From assembly GCA_031411295.1 (NCBI GenBank), contig JANOAV010000008.1, positions 1-63,827 on the forward strand: DNA of 63,827 nucleotides, read 5' to 3'. Shown piece after piece: positions 50,218 through 59,171 of the stretch; the first letter of the stretch is position 1; every line of letters begins with the position of its first letter. This DNA comes from Verrucomicrobiales bacterium. Lineage in GTDB: Bacteria > Verrucomicrobiota > Verrucomicrobiia > Verrucomicrobiales > V1-33. Position numbers and translations under genes: made by a program. A model generated the notes under the pieces. That model saw only the letters and a program-made list of their open reading frames with translations, did no database searches and was not told where the DNA came from.

Positions 50218-52059
50218 ATGAACGCCCCGCGTTACGCCAATCATGTTGCCGTTACCTTTGCCGCCAGGCTGGTTTCGGCAGTCCTCATCTGCTGCATCCT
50301 TCACTTTACGCGCTCCATTTTGATTCCAATCGGGGTGGCTGCCTTGATTGCTTTCATGTTGGGACCCGTAGTGAAGCGCCTTCGCAAATGGCGGCTTCCA
50401 CATGGTCCTGCGGTTGGAATTACCGTGGTTTGTTTCTTTGCAATTTTAACCAGCATCGGCTGGCTCATTGCCGGCCAATTGGGGGCTATTTCCAGTGAGA
50501 TTCCACGTTATCAGGAAAACATCACGAGCAAGCTAAAGCGCTTCCATGAGTCCATGCGGGGCGGCACCATTGCCAACCTGAAGTCCACCATCGACACCGT
50601 TGCCGAGGATGTAAAAAGCCAGGATGCGCCCGCCGTCATAGCTCCGATTCCCGTTTACATCGCCCCCACGAATGCTGTGCTGGGTTTTGATAAATTCAGT
50701 GCCATGGGGACCCTTGTGCAACCCTTGGCGGCCCTTTTCTTAATCATTGTGCTAGTAATCGTCATGCTCCTGAAGTGGGCGGATCTGCGTGGGCGGATGG
50801 TGGGGTTGATCAACCAAAATTTAACCGCCACCACCCTAGCCTTGGACGATGCAGGGAATCGCATTGCAAAGTATTTGGGCACGCAACTCCTCATCAATTC
50901 GTGTTTCTCGGTCATCATCTGGCTAGGACTTACCATCATTGGCGTGCCGTATGCAGCCTTGCTTGGGCTGTGTGCCGGACTGCTTCGGTATATTCCATAT
51001 TTGGGCCCTCTGGCCGCAGTGGCACTCCCCTTGGTGATTAGCATCACCACCTCTGAAGGCTGGAGCCAGGTAGCGGCGGTTGGCGGCATGTTTGCAGTGA
51101 TCTATATCCTGCTGAGCAATGTCATCGAGCCGTGGCTCTATGGTTCTAGACTTGGTGTCTCCGGGATTGGCATCGTGCTCGCAGCAGTTATCTGGACCTT
51201 TCTTTGGGGGCCCGCCGGTTTGGTTCTGGCGTTGCCGCTCACCGTGTGCCTCGTTGTGCTAGGTGAGCATGTCCCGTGTCTTTCGTTCCTTGCTAGGCTT
51301 CTCAGTGACAAACCTGCCCTGCCCCAGGATATGAAATTTGCCCAACGTTTGCTCGCTGGCGACGCAGTGGAAGCCGCCGATATCCTCAACGAGCGTCGCA
51401 TGGAAAACGGGCCCAGCGAATCCTTTGATGGGCTCATCCTGCCCGGGCTGGCACGTGCACGAAACGAAGCAGCGCTGGGCCATTTGGATGCCAATGCCAT
51501 CGCCACCATTAACGCCGACGTGGTTCGAATTCTGAGCGAAACGGAACTTACCGCTGAGGACTTCTCAAGCGAGCACATTGGCAATGTTGGAGCGCAGACG
51601 AATTCCACCTTTGCGGTCTGGAGCATGTGCCCCATGAGTGATTGCGCCGCCAAACTGCTGGAAATGAGGCTTGGAGGCGTTCCTTGTGTGATTCAAACGT
51701 TTCCCTCATCCAGCCTCGTCAGCACCGTAGCGAAGGTGATCTCGACCACCGAGCCATTGCCGTTGGGGCTCTGCATTATTCATTTGGACGCGCATGACCA
51801 TGGCCGCGTGGTGGCATGCTTGAAACGACTCCAGACCATGGCCCTCGGCATCCCCATTCTGGTGGGCCGCTGGGGGCACCAAAATCTAAACGTCAGCGAG
51901 CGGGAGGAGTTTATAAAACTCGGGGCCACTGCTGTCATGAATAATCCCGCAGAGCTTCGTAAATGGCTCATGCCACGGGCGCTAAATGTTGCCACGCTAT
52001 TACCAACACAGGAGGCGGGTGACTTGCCAACTCTGCCCCACCCCCTCGGAATCAACTAA
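50218..52059 (+). CDS. AI-2E family transporter with a cytoplasmic C-terminal extension
   Basis: LLRYIPYLGP, NVIEPWLYG, WTFLWGPAGLVLALPLT. Confidence 0.9.
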   Translation: MNAPRYANHVAVTFAARLVSAVLICCILHFTRSILIPIGVAALIAFMLGPVVKRLRKWRLPHGPAVGITVVCFFAILTSIGWLIAGQLGAISSEIPRYQENITSKLKRFHESMRGGTIANLKSTIDTVAEDVKSQDAPAVIAPIPVYIAPTNAVLGFDKFSAMGTLVQPLAALFLIIVLVIVMLLKWADLRGRMVGLINQNLTATTLALDDAGNRIAKYLGTQLLINSCFSVIIWLGLTIIGVPYAALLGLCAGLLRYIPYLGPLAAVALPLVISITTSEGWSQVAAVGGMFAVIYILLSNVIEPWLYGSRLGVSGIGIVLAAVIWTFLWGPAGLVLALPLTVCLVVLGEHVPCLSFLARLLSDKPALPQDMKFAQRLLAGDAVEAADILNERRMENGPSESFDGLILPGLARARNEAALGHLDANAIATINADVVRILSETELTAEDFSSEHIGNVGAQTNSTFAVWSMCPMSDCAAKLLEMRLGGVPCVIQTFPSSSLVSTVAKVISTTEPLPLGLCIIHLDAHDHGRVVACLKRLQTMALGIPILVGRWGHQNLNVSEREEFIKLGATAVMNNPAELRKWLMPRALNVATLLPTQEAGDLPTLPHPLGIN

Positions 52060-52169
52060 GCTACCGCACATTGCCATGGTCGTCACTTGGTTCGCGGCAC
52101 ATCGTGTTGTGCGTCACAAGAACTTTGTCAAAGTTCCAACCGTTGGCATGCATCGGGTCAAGTAGGCGG

Positions 52170-52202
52170 TGCATAATCACAGGGCGGATCGTGCAGAATG
52201 CA
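52170..52202. promoter_or_regulatory. Putative activator site pair
   Basis: TGCATAATCAC (52170) and TGCAGAATGCA (52192). Confidence 0.5.
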
Positions 52203-52281
52203 GTGTTCAGCGTAATCCTCCGAAGCGCTGGAAATACGCCAACCCCTTGTGGAAAGGGAGTTTCAAGACCTTTGGCCGGGT

Positions 52282-52297
52282 TGGCATGGTGAATGCA
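52282..52297 (+). promoter_or_regulatory. Sigma54 -24/-12 promoter
   Basis: TGGCATGGTGAATGCA, 29 nt before ATG 52327. Confidence 0.7.
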
Positions 52298-52326
52298 AAT
52301 CGTTGGTTAACATTTTATTTTTACTC

Positions 52327-54057
52327 ATGAGCCAAGCAACTAACACCACATCCAAGATCACGCAGAAAGAATCACTAGCCAAAACAATGGGGCAACTTTG
52401 GCGTATCACCAAGGCATTTTATAAATCAGAACGTCGGCGCAAGGCCAGGTCATTGCTGGCATTTCTGTTGGTGATGGCAGTTGCCAATGTGGGAATCACC
52501 GTGCTGGCGAGCTACATCAGCCGGGATTTATTTACAGCCATTGAGCACCGGAATGCTGATGGCTACACGCTCGCCATGTGGAAATACGTTGGAGCCTTCG
52601 TTGTGGCCATTCTTATTAATGTTTTTTATCGGTGGGCGGAGCAATCACTGGGGCTGACGTGGCGGGAGTGGCTCTCCCAGCATTTGATAAAGCGATACTT
52701 TAACAACCGAGCCTACTACCGACTGCGCGGCTCTGAAAGCATTGACAATCCAGATCAACGGATCAGTGAAGACGTTAAGAATTTCACCCTGGATACGCTG
52801 GGCTACACTCTCATCTTTGTGAATTCCGTAATGACCCTGATAGGCTTTCTCGGAGTGCTCTGGAGCGTGTCTGCACTGCTTGTAGGTGTGGCGCTGGCTT
52901 ATTCCATTGTGGGCACGCTTGGGTGCTTCATCATCGCCCGCAGGCTGGTAACTCTGCACTATGAGAAATACCAAAAAGAGGCCGACTTCCGTTATGGCTT
53001 GGTCCGCGTGCGAGACAATGCAGAGTCCATCGCTTTTTATCGGGGGGAGAAACGGGAGCACCTTGATCTCGTCAATCGTCTGTCCTCGGTGGTGGTGAAT
53101 ATGCGCAGCATTATTACTTGGAATCGGAATTTGGGATTCTTTCGCAACGGATATAACTATGTGGCGCTGATTGTGCCGATTATTATCGTGGCACCGATGT
53201 TTATCAGCGGTAAAATGGAGTTTGGCGTGGTGACGCAATCACTTGGCGCCTTTGCCTCGGTGCTGGGTGCGGTATCCATTATTGCAGATAACTTTGAGGG
53301 CCTGAGTTCCTATCTTGCAGGTGTTCAGCGATTGGGGATTCTGTGGGACGATCTGGATGATTTTGACGCGGAGGAGGAGCGCGTAGCTCGGGAAAGCACG
53401 CAACAGTTGGATGAGAACAGCGGTAAGATTAAGCTTTCGGCTCTAACCGTTAATACCCCAGACGGCGCCAAGCTGCTGGCCAGGGATTTGTCGTTCGAAC
53501 TGGCGGCTCATCAGAGTCTCATCATCATGGGTGCCAGCGGGAGCGGCAAGAGTAGCATCATGCGCACCATCGCTGGTCTGTGGCCGGGCGGATCAGGTTC
53601 TTTGGAACGCCCAGCGTTAAATCATCTGATGTTTCTTCCGCAGCGCCCCTACATGGTTTCTGGAAGCCTGCGGGATCAGTTGCGCTATCCGCACAGCGAT
53701 ACCGGATTCGATGATGAAGCTGTGCGCAAAGTTGTGGCGCAGGTAAACTTGGCGGAGGTGCTCAAGCGCGTGGAGGGTGATCTGGATCGTGTGATTGATT
53801 GGACCAATGTTCTTTCGTTGGGCGAGCAGCAACGCGTGGCCTTCGCCCGACTCTTTCTCCGTCTCCCAAAATTCGCGTTTCTCGACGAAGCTACGAGTGC
53901 ACTGGATGAGGATAACCAGCGCCTGATCTATGAACTCGTGGCGCAGTCGGGCATTGGATTCATCAGCGTGGGGCATCGGGAAAGTTTGGTGCAATTTCAC
54001 CACAACGTCCTGTTGTTGAAACCCGGAGGCGCTTGGGAAATCCGGTCCGTGCCATGA
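52327..54057 (+). CDS. Fused ABC transporter permease/ATPase (YddA/ABCD-like)
   Basis: DNPDQRI, EADFR...NAESIAFY, GASGSGKS, LSLGEQQR, DEATSALD. Confidence 0.93.
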   Translation: MSQATNTTSKITQKESLAKTMGQLWRITKAFYKSERRRKARSLLAFLLVMAVANVGITVLASYISRDLFTAIEHRNADGYTLAMWKYVGAFVVAILINVFYRWAEQSLGLTWREWLSQHLIKRYFNNRAYYRLRGSESIDNPDQRISEDVKNFTLDTLGYTLIFVNSVMTLIGFLGVLWSVSALLVGVALAYSIVGTLGCFIIARRLVTLHYEKYQKEADFRYGLVRVRDNAESIAFYRGEKREHLDLVNRLSSVVVNMRSIITWNRNLGFFRNGYNYVALIVPIIIVAPMFISGKMEFGVVTQSLGAFASVLGAVSIIADNFEGLSSYLAGVQRLGILWDDLDDFDAEEERVARESTQQLDENSGKIKLSALTVNTPDGAKLLARDLSFELAAHQSLIIMGASGSGKSSIMRTIAGLWPGGSGSLERPALNHLMFLPQRPYMVSGSLRDQLRYPHSDTGFDDEAVRKVVAQVNLAEVLKRVEGDLDRVIDWTNVLSLGEQQRVAFARLFLRLPKFAFLDEATSALDEDNQRLIYELVAQSGIGFISVGHRESLVQFHHNVLLLKPGGAWEIRSVP

Positions 54058-54060
54058 TCG

Positions 54061-54102
54061 TGCATATTCGCCACATCAGCTCGATTCACCGTGCAATTCG
54101 CA
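54061..54102. promoter_or_regulatory. Putative activator site pair
   Basis: TGCATATTCGC (54061) and TGCAATTCGCA (54092). Confidence 0.45.
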
Positions 54103-54192
54103 ATTCGAGCACTGCCGTCAAAATCAGAACTGCTGGGAGCAAAAATCCCCTCTCCCTTTAAAATAAAGGGTTGCAGCGTGCGAAGCCCTCTG

Positions 54193-54208
54193 GGGCACGG
54201 TTTGTGCA
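54193..54208 (+). promoter_or_regulatory. Sigma54 -24/-12 promoter
   Basis: GGGCACGGTTTGTGCA (GG-N10-GC). Confidence 0.65.
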
Positions 54209-54344
54209 GTAAGAATATTACATGATCACCACATTCATCCATGCCGCACCACCCAACACCGCACACGGAAAATCACCCCTCACTGGGCGCTCAGCGATCC
54301 CTCCACTTTCACCCAAAACTACAACCATCAATCCAAACTCGCTT

Positions 54345-54479
54345 ATGAAAATCCTGCAAAATTCCAACGCTAGAAATAAACAACGTGAGTCAGGTAAAGT
54401 CGGCTGGGCACTCCTCTGGCTCATCGGAGTGCCGCTCCCAGTGCTCATCGTCCTCTACTACGTCTTCGGCGGGAAATAG
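54345..54479 (+). CDS. 44-aa single-TM small protein
   Basis: GKVGWALLWLIGVPLPVLIVLYYVFG; start could be further upstream. Confidence 0.65.
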   Translation: MKILQNSNARNKQRESGKVGWALLWLIGVPLPVLIVLYYVFGGK

Positions 54480-54522
54480 CACAACCGAGACCCAAAACAA
54501 TCACCCTAAATAAAATAACATC

Positions 54523-54711
54523 ATGAACCCACTAAACCATCGTATCCGCACCTTCTGCATTTTCTTGACCATTGGAGCCACCATCGGTGGCACCGTTAGT
54601 TGCGAGGAGAAGAAGGGCCCAGCAACCAAGGTGGGCGACAAGATCGATGACGCTCTGGATCGTCGTCCAGCCGAGAAAGTTCGCGACGTGGTCGAGGACA
54701 TTAAGAAATAG
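54523..54711 (+). CDS. Small lipoprotein
   Basis: TVSC lipobox followed by EEKKGPATKVGDKIDDALD. Confidence 0.75.
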   Translation: MNPLNHRIRTFCIFLTIGATIGGTVSCEEKKGPATKVGDKIDDALDRRPAEKVRDVVEDIKK

Positions 54712-54819
54712 TTCCGACTCGCATAGCGAAGGCGAGCGGGGGACTGGGATGAGGTTCGTAGTGAGACCTTCTTCCTGGGCTCCCGCTCCGTTTTTTTATT
54801 CTTATCCATTCCCTCATCC

Positions 54820-55374
54820 ATGAAACGTCCCTCCCTTCCTCGAATTTCCCTCGTCGTTGCTAGCATATGTTTAGCCAACTGTGCATCATCATCAAGGCCC
54901 CCCAGCCTTGATCCCACCCATTTGTCCTTCTGGAAAACAGATGTGCCGGATGGCCCGCCATCTGTGACCATCAAGTTAGCCGAGCAGCGGGCTTATTTCT
55001 ACAAAGGGGGGATATTGGCGGGCCTGTCACCCATCTCATCTGGACGCGAAGGATTGGATACCATTACGGGATCTTTCAAAATTCAAGAAAAGGATGTGGA
55101 TCATAGGTCTTCTCTATTTGGCGCCTACGTGAATGACGCTGGTGAGGTGATTCAATCTGATGTGAATACACGGAAAGACCCCAAGCCTCCGGGGGCCCAA
55201 TACGTGGGAGCCTCCATGCCCTGCTGGATGAGGATCCAGGGCGGCACAGGAATGCACGCAGGTGAGTTGCCTGGTTATCCAGCGTCGCACGGATGCATTC
55301 GCCTGCCTCAACACATGGCTGAAGCCTTCTATCACGCGGTGTCCCTGGGCACACCCGTGACCGTGGAACCCTAA
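54820..55374 (+). CDS. L,D-transpeptidase (YkuD domain) lipoprotein
   Basis: LANC lipobox, GMHAG...ASHGCIRL. Confidence 0.92.
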   Translation: MKRPSLPRISLVVASICLANCASSSRPPSLDPTHLSFWKTDVPDGPPSVTIKLAEQRAYFYKGGILAGLSPISSGREGLDTITGSFKIQEKDVDHRSSLFGAYVNDAGEVIQSDVNTRKDPKPPGAQYVGASMPCWMRIQGGTGMHAGELPGYPASHGCIRLPQHMAEAFYHAVSLGTPVTVEP

Positions 55375-56735
55375 CTCTTTTCTTCCTGCTTCAGCAGGCC
55401 TAGCTTCTTTCGTTTCCGATAAAGCGTGGCTTGGTCAATACCAAGGATCTTGCAGGCTTCTTGGAGATTGCCGCTGGCATCGATGATTCTGCGGATGTGA
55501 TTGTCCTCCAGTTCCTGGAGGGACATTAATTCGACGGGCGTGACTCCATTCACTTCTGGTTTGCTCGTCACATGAGGTCCGAATTCCCCCACCTCCAGCG
55601 ATTTGCCGGTTCCCAGAATGACACTGCGTTCGATGACATTACGCAATTCACGCAAGTTTCCAGGCCAGGCATGACTGGTGAGTCGGGATTCCGCAGCCTT
55701 GGAGAATTGACGGGCCGGGCTGCGGAATTGCTTGGCGAAGAATTCCAAATAGTGATTTGCAAAGTGCAGCACGTCCTGCGGGCGCTCCCGCAATGATGGC
55801 ATGCGCACGGAAATGACGCTTAACCGATAGTAAAGATCCTCTCGGAATTCACCGGCCTGCACGGCCGCACGCAGATCCCGATTCGTGGCCGCTATGATAC
55901 GGATATTGGCTGGGCGTGCGGTGTTTTCGCCCACTCGTTCATACTCGCGTTCCTGCAGGAGTCGCAGTAATTTCGGCTGGATCTCCATGGGTAGTTCACC
56001 AATTTCATCCAGAAAAAGCGTGCCGCCATCAGCGGCCCGCACCTTTCCCCAGTGATCCTTCAGCGCTCCAGTGAAGGAGCCTTTGACGTGACCGAAAAGT
56101 TCACTCTGCAGCAGTTCCTTGCTCAAACTGGGACAACTGACGGTTACGAAAGGTTTGCTCGCGAACGGACTGCGCTCATGCAGCGAGCGTGCCACCATGC
56201 TTTTTCCAGTGCCGCTCTCACCCAAAATCAAAATGGTGGCCGGAGTGGCTGCTGCTTTGTTGAGCACGGCCATGGCGGAGATCATGGCTTCGCTCTGGGA
56301 TTCGTAAATGGCGTTGGGTGAGGCGTGCCTTGCTTCCTCCACCTGACTTTCCAGATTCTCAATCTGCCGACCCATCTGCCGTATCTTGTTCAAGCGTGCC
56401 ACCAGCGAAATGAAATGGCCGCGGGCGAAGGGTTTTTCCAGGAAATCCACTGCCCCTAACTTCATGGATTCCACTGCGAATTTCACCGTGCCCATGCCAG
56501 TAAACATAACGACGGGTAAGTTGGGGTGTGCCTTGGTGATTATTGGCAGCACTTCCAGCCCGCTTTCCTGGCCCAGGTTCATGTCAAGGATCACCGCATC
56601 CCATTTGTCCTCCTTCAAGCGTGCCAAACCATCGGTGGAATTGGACGCGCCTTCGGCGTAATGCCCCTCTTCTTCAATGAGGTAGCATGCGGCATCACGA
56701 ATTGATTTTTCGTCGTCAATAATCAAAAAATCCAT
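55371..56735 (-). CDS. Sigma54-dependent response regulator (NtrC family, AlgB-like)
   Basis: REC (IIDDE, ILDMNL), GESGTGKS, SELFGHVKGSFTGA, FLDEIG, WPGNLREL, Fis-type HTH (LGIDQATLYRK). Confidence 0.95.
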   Translation of the reverse strand: MDFLIIDDEKSIRDAACYLIEEEGHYAEGASNSTDGLARLKEDKWDAVILDMNLGQESGLEVLPIITKAHPNLPVVMFTGMGTVKFAVESMKLGAVDFLEKPFARGHFISLVARLNKIRQMGRQIENLESQVEEARHASPNAIYESQSEAMISAMAVLNKAAATPATILILGESGTGKSMVARSLHERSPFASKPFVTVSCPSLSKELLQSELFGHVKGSFTGALKDHWGKVRAADGGTLFLDEIGELPMEIQPKLLRLLQEREYERVGENTARPANIRIIAATNRDLRAAVQAGEFREDLYYRLSVISVRMPSLRERPQDVLHFANHYLEFFAKQFRSPARQFSKAAESRLTSHAWPGNLRELRNVIERSVILGTGKSLEVGEFGPHVTSKPEVNGVTPVELMSLQELEDNHIRRIIDASGNLQEACKILGIDQATLYRKRKKLGLLKQEEKS

Positions 56736-56880
56736 AGTGGGGAAATCAAGTTAGATACTGCCCGCCGGCTGCGTGTGCGCACAAAATCAGGCATGGTAGC
56801 GATTTGCAATAGTTAGAGGAGCCCTGTGGGGGGGGGTGGAGGGGCGTTCTTCACAGGGATTGAGTTTGCTCATTGAATCA

Positions 56881-56898
56881 TGCAGTTTGCAATACGCA
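56881..56898. promoter_or_regulatory. Putative activator sites between the regulator and the LpxR-family gene
   Basis: Overlapping TGCAGTTTGCA and TGCAATACGCA. Confidence 0.5.
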
Positions 56899-57064
56899 AT
56901 GGGCAAATCACCCGGTTTAGCAGATTTGATTAGGTTCAGGACGATGGCTGAGAATCGCTGAACCCCTTTACCATGGCTGAACGCGTGCAGTAAGCCAAGG
57001 TATCGCAGGCTTTGTGCTAAAGTAACGTTCACTTACGAATCACCAGCACACGCAGCCAGCATCC

Positions 57065-58099
57065 ATGAAATTATCCGCCCCAATAACCGGACTCGTCCTT
57101 GCAATCCTTAGTCTCGCCAACGCCGTGGTGGCGCAGGAAACCAGCCGGACCAGCGTAGGTGTGTTCTCGGTCTATTTCGAAAACGATCTGTTCGCTGGAA
57201 CGGATCAACAATACACGAATGGCACGCGGCTCTCCTGGACTTCCGTAGATTTATCCAAGTTCTCCGAGGACACTAATTTCGGCTCTCTGGCAGGAGGTTT
57301 CGATGGTCTTTCCATTTTTGGTGAAGGCCGGTTTACGAAAAATGTTTCCGTCTCTCTGGGGCAGAACATGTTTACGCCCACTGATGTGCTAAGCACGGAA
57401 CTGGTCAATGATGATCGACCCTATGCCGGTTGGCTCTACCTGGGCCTAGGCTTGGTGTGGAAGACCGAGAAAATTCGCAACACTGTGATTCTAAATGGCG
57501 GTGTCGTCGGTCCATGGTCCTATGCTCAGGAAACTCAGCGCTTGGTTCACGAAGCACGCGGCATTCCCGTCCCGCGCGGATGGGACAACCAGCTGCATAA
57601 CGAAGTCGGCATCTCCCTAGCATGGGAAACGATGTGGCGCATCCGTGACGCCTCCTCCGGCGGATGGGATTGGGATGTGCTGCCCTACGGTGGTGCTTCG
57701 GTTGGGAACGTGGCCATAAACGCACGGCTGGGCACGGAATTTCGTTTCGGCTGGAACCTGCCGGATGATTTCGGCACGGCGGCCATCAATGATGCCGCAG
57801 CCACTCCTACGCCTGTAGAGAATAGTGAGGCGAAAAGGTGGACTTCCAGCCTCGGAGCCCATCTATTTGCCCGAGCTGAAGGCCGGGCGGTCTTGCACGA
57901 CATCTTTCTGGATGGCAACACCTTCGGAGACAGCCATAGCGTTACCAAAGAGCCACTGGTGGCAGATCTGGCTGCAGGTGTCTCCGTCAACTGGCGCAAC
58001 ACCAAAATCAGCTACGCCCTAATCTACCGCAGTCGCGAGTTCAAAGGCCAGGATCAACCTCAGATTTTCGGCTCCATGACCTTAAGCCTAAACTTCTAG
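57065..58099 (+). CDS. LpxR / DUF2219 family outer-membrane lipid A deacylase
   Basis: FENDLF..D..YTNG, GQNMFTP, DRPYAGWLY, GWDNQL, terminal Phe. Confidence 0.9.
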   Translation: MKLSAPITGLVLAILSLANAVVAQETSRTSVGVFSVYFENDLFAGTDQQYTNGTRLSWTSVDLSKFSEDTNFGSLAGGFDGLSIFGEGRFTKNVSVSLGQNMFTPTDVLSTELVNDDRPYAGWLYLGLGLVWKTEKIRNTVILNGGVVGPWSYAQETQRLVHEARGIPVPRGWDNQLHNEVGISLAWETMWRIRDASSGGWDWDVLPYGGASVGNVAINARLGTEFRFGWNLPDDFGTAAINDAAATPTPVENSEAKRWTSSLGAHLFARAEGRAVLHDIFLDGNTFGDSHSVTKEPLVADLAAGVSVNWRNTKISYALIYRSREFKGQDQPQIFGSMTLSLNF

Positions 58100-58207
58100 C
58101 ACGCCATGACTGACACTAAAAGCGTGGATTGGAAACTCATCAGCCGCAGCAGCATTCCCGGTTCGGTTCCGACCAACAAAGAATCACCCCAAACCAAAAA
58201 TGACACC

Positions 58208-58399
58208 ATGAATACATCAATCATTAAAGGCCAATGGAACATCATCAAAGGCCGCCTGCAGAAGTCCTACGCAACGCTAACTGATAACGATCTTGCCTAT
58301 GACGAAGGCCAGGAAGCCGAATTGCTCGGGCGCCTCCAAAAAGCCCTTGGCAAGACCGCAGATGAAATGCGCGAAATCATTGCGAAGCACTCACTCTAA
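58208..58399 (+). CDS. CsbD family stress protein
   Basis: MNTSIIKGQWNIIKGRLQKSYATLTDNDL. Confidence 0.9.
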   Translation: MNTSIIKGQWNIIKGRLQKSYATLTDNDLAYDEGQEAELLGRLQKALGKTADEMREIIAKHSL

Positions 58400-58456
58400 A
58401 GTTGGGCGAGCCCATGTCGCCTCAACATCTCAACACCACTCGAACCCAAAACCATT

Positions 58457-58621
58457 ATGTTACACTACACCATCGTCTTCTTCATTATTGCCATCATCGC
58501 TGCTGTGCTGGGCTTTGGCGCTCTAGCCGGAACTGCGGCCTACATCGCGAAGATTTGCTTCTTTGTCTTCCTGGTCCTCTTAGTTCTTTCCATGCTGACC
58601 GGAAAATCGCCCAAGATTTAA
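58457..58621 (+). CDS. DUF1328 small membrane protein (54 aa, not in the ORF track)
   Basis: [41 protein letters not shown]. Confidence 0.92.
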   Translation: MLHYTIVFFIIAIIAAVLGFGALAGTAAYIAKICFFVFLVLLVLSMLTGKSPKI

Positions 58622-58640
58622 TTTAAACTATCAGGGCACC

Positions 58641-59171
58641 ATGAATCCTGTATCCAACAGCCCATTTTATGGACAATTCTCCATCGCCCTCTATGCGGAG
58701 ACGGAGCTTCTGGCTCTGCTCTCCACGTGGAGCCCGGTCGTGCGAGACGCCGCATTGAAACAAGCTCTGACCGTCGGTTCGGAGCTAGGCAAAATCATTT
58801 CTGCCCGCTTGCAAGTAATCATTAACCTCATGAGTGACCGGCCCAGCGTGCATGATCACGCCACGATGGTCGCACTGTTTGATGACATCAAGACTGTCAC
58901 CGCCGCGTCCTCGTCCTCCAGGGATGGTGCAACTAAGGAACTGGAGATCTTCGAAGCCGCCCGGGACATTTACCGCATCCTTGCGGAAAGTTATCGTGAG
59001 GCCGCCACTTGGCCCGATGTAGTTGGGATCGCGGAAATTGAACTTTATCTGAGCGAGAACTACCGGGACAGCACTGCGCGCCTAGCGGTTCTCAAGAGTT
59101 GCGTCGCCCACCCATTTCCGCAATCCGCAAATCCAACTGGAGCTTTCACGAAGTTACCAGATGCATCCTAA
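58641..59171 (+). CDS. Divergent ferritin-like DUF892/YciF-like protein
   Basis: LYAETELL...LKQAL...RLQVI helix pattern. Confidence 0.5.
   Translation: MNPVSNSPFYGQFSIALYAETELLALLSTWSPVVRDAALKQALTVGSELGKIISARLQVIINLMSDRPSVHDHATMVALFDDIKTVTAASSSSRDGATKELEIFEAARDIYRILAESYREAATWPDVVGIAEIELYLSENYRDSTARLAVLKSCVAHPFPQSANPTGAFTKLPDAS

Noticed and set aside
56793..56807. TGGTAGCGATTTGCA as a sigma54 promoter
   Set aside because: GG-GC spacing is 9 rather than 10, and it points away from the regulator gene
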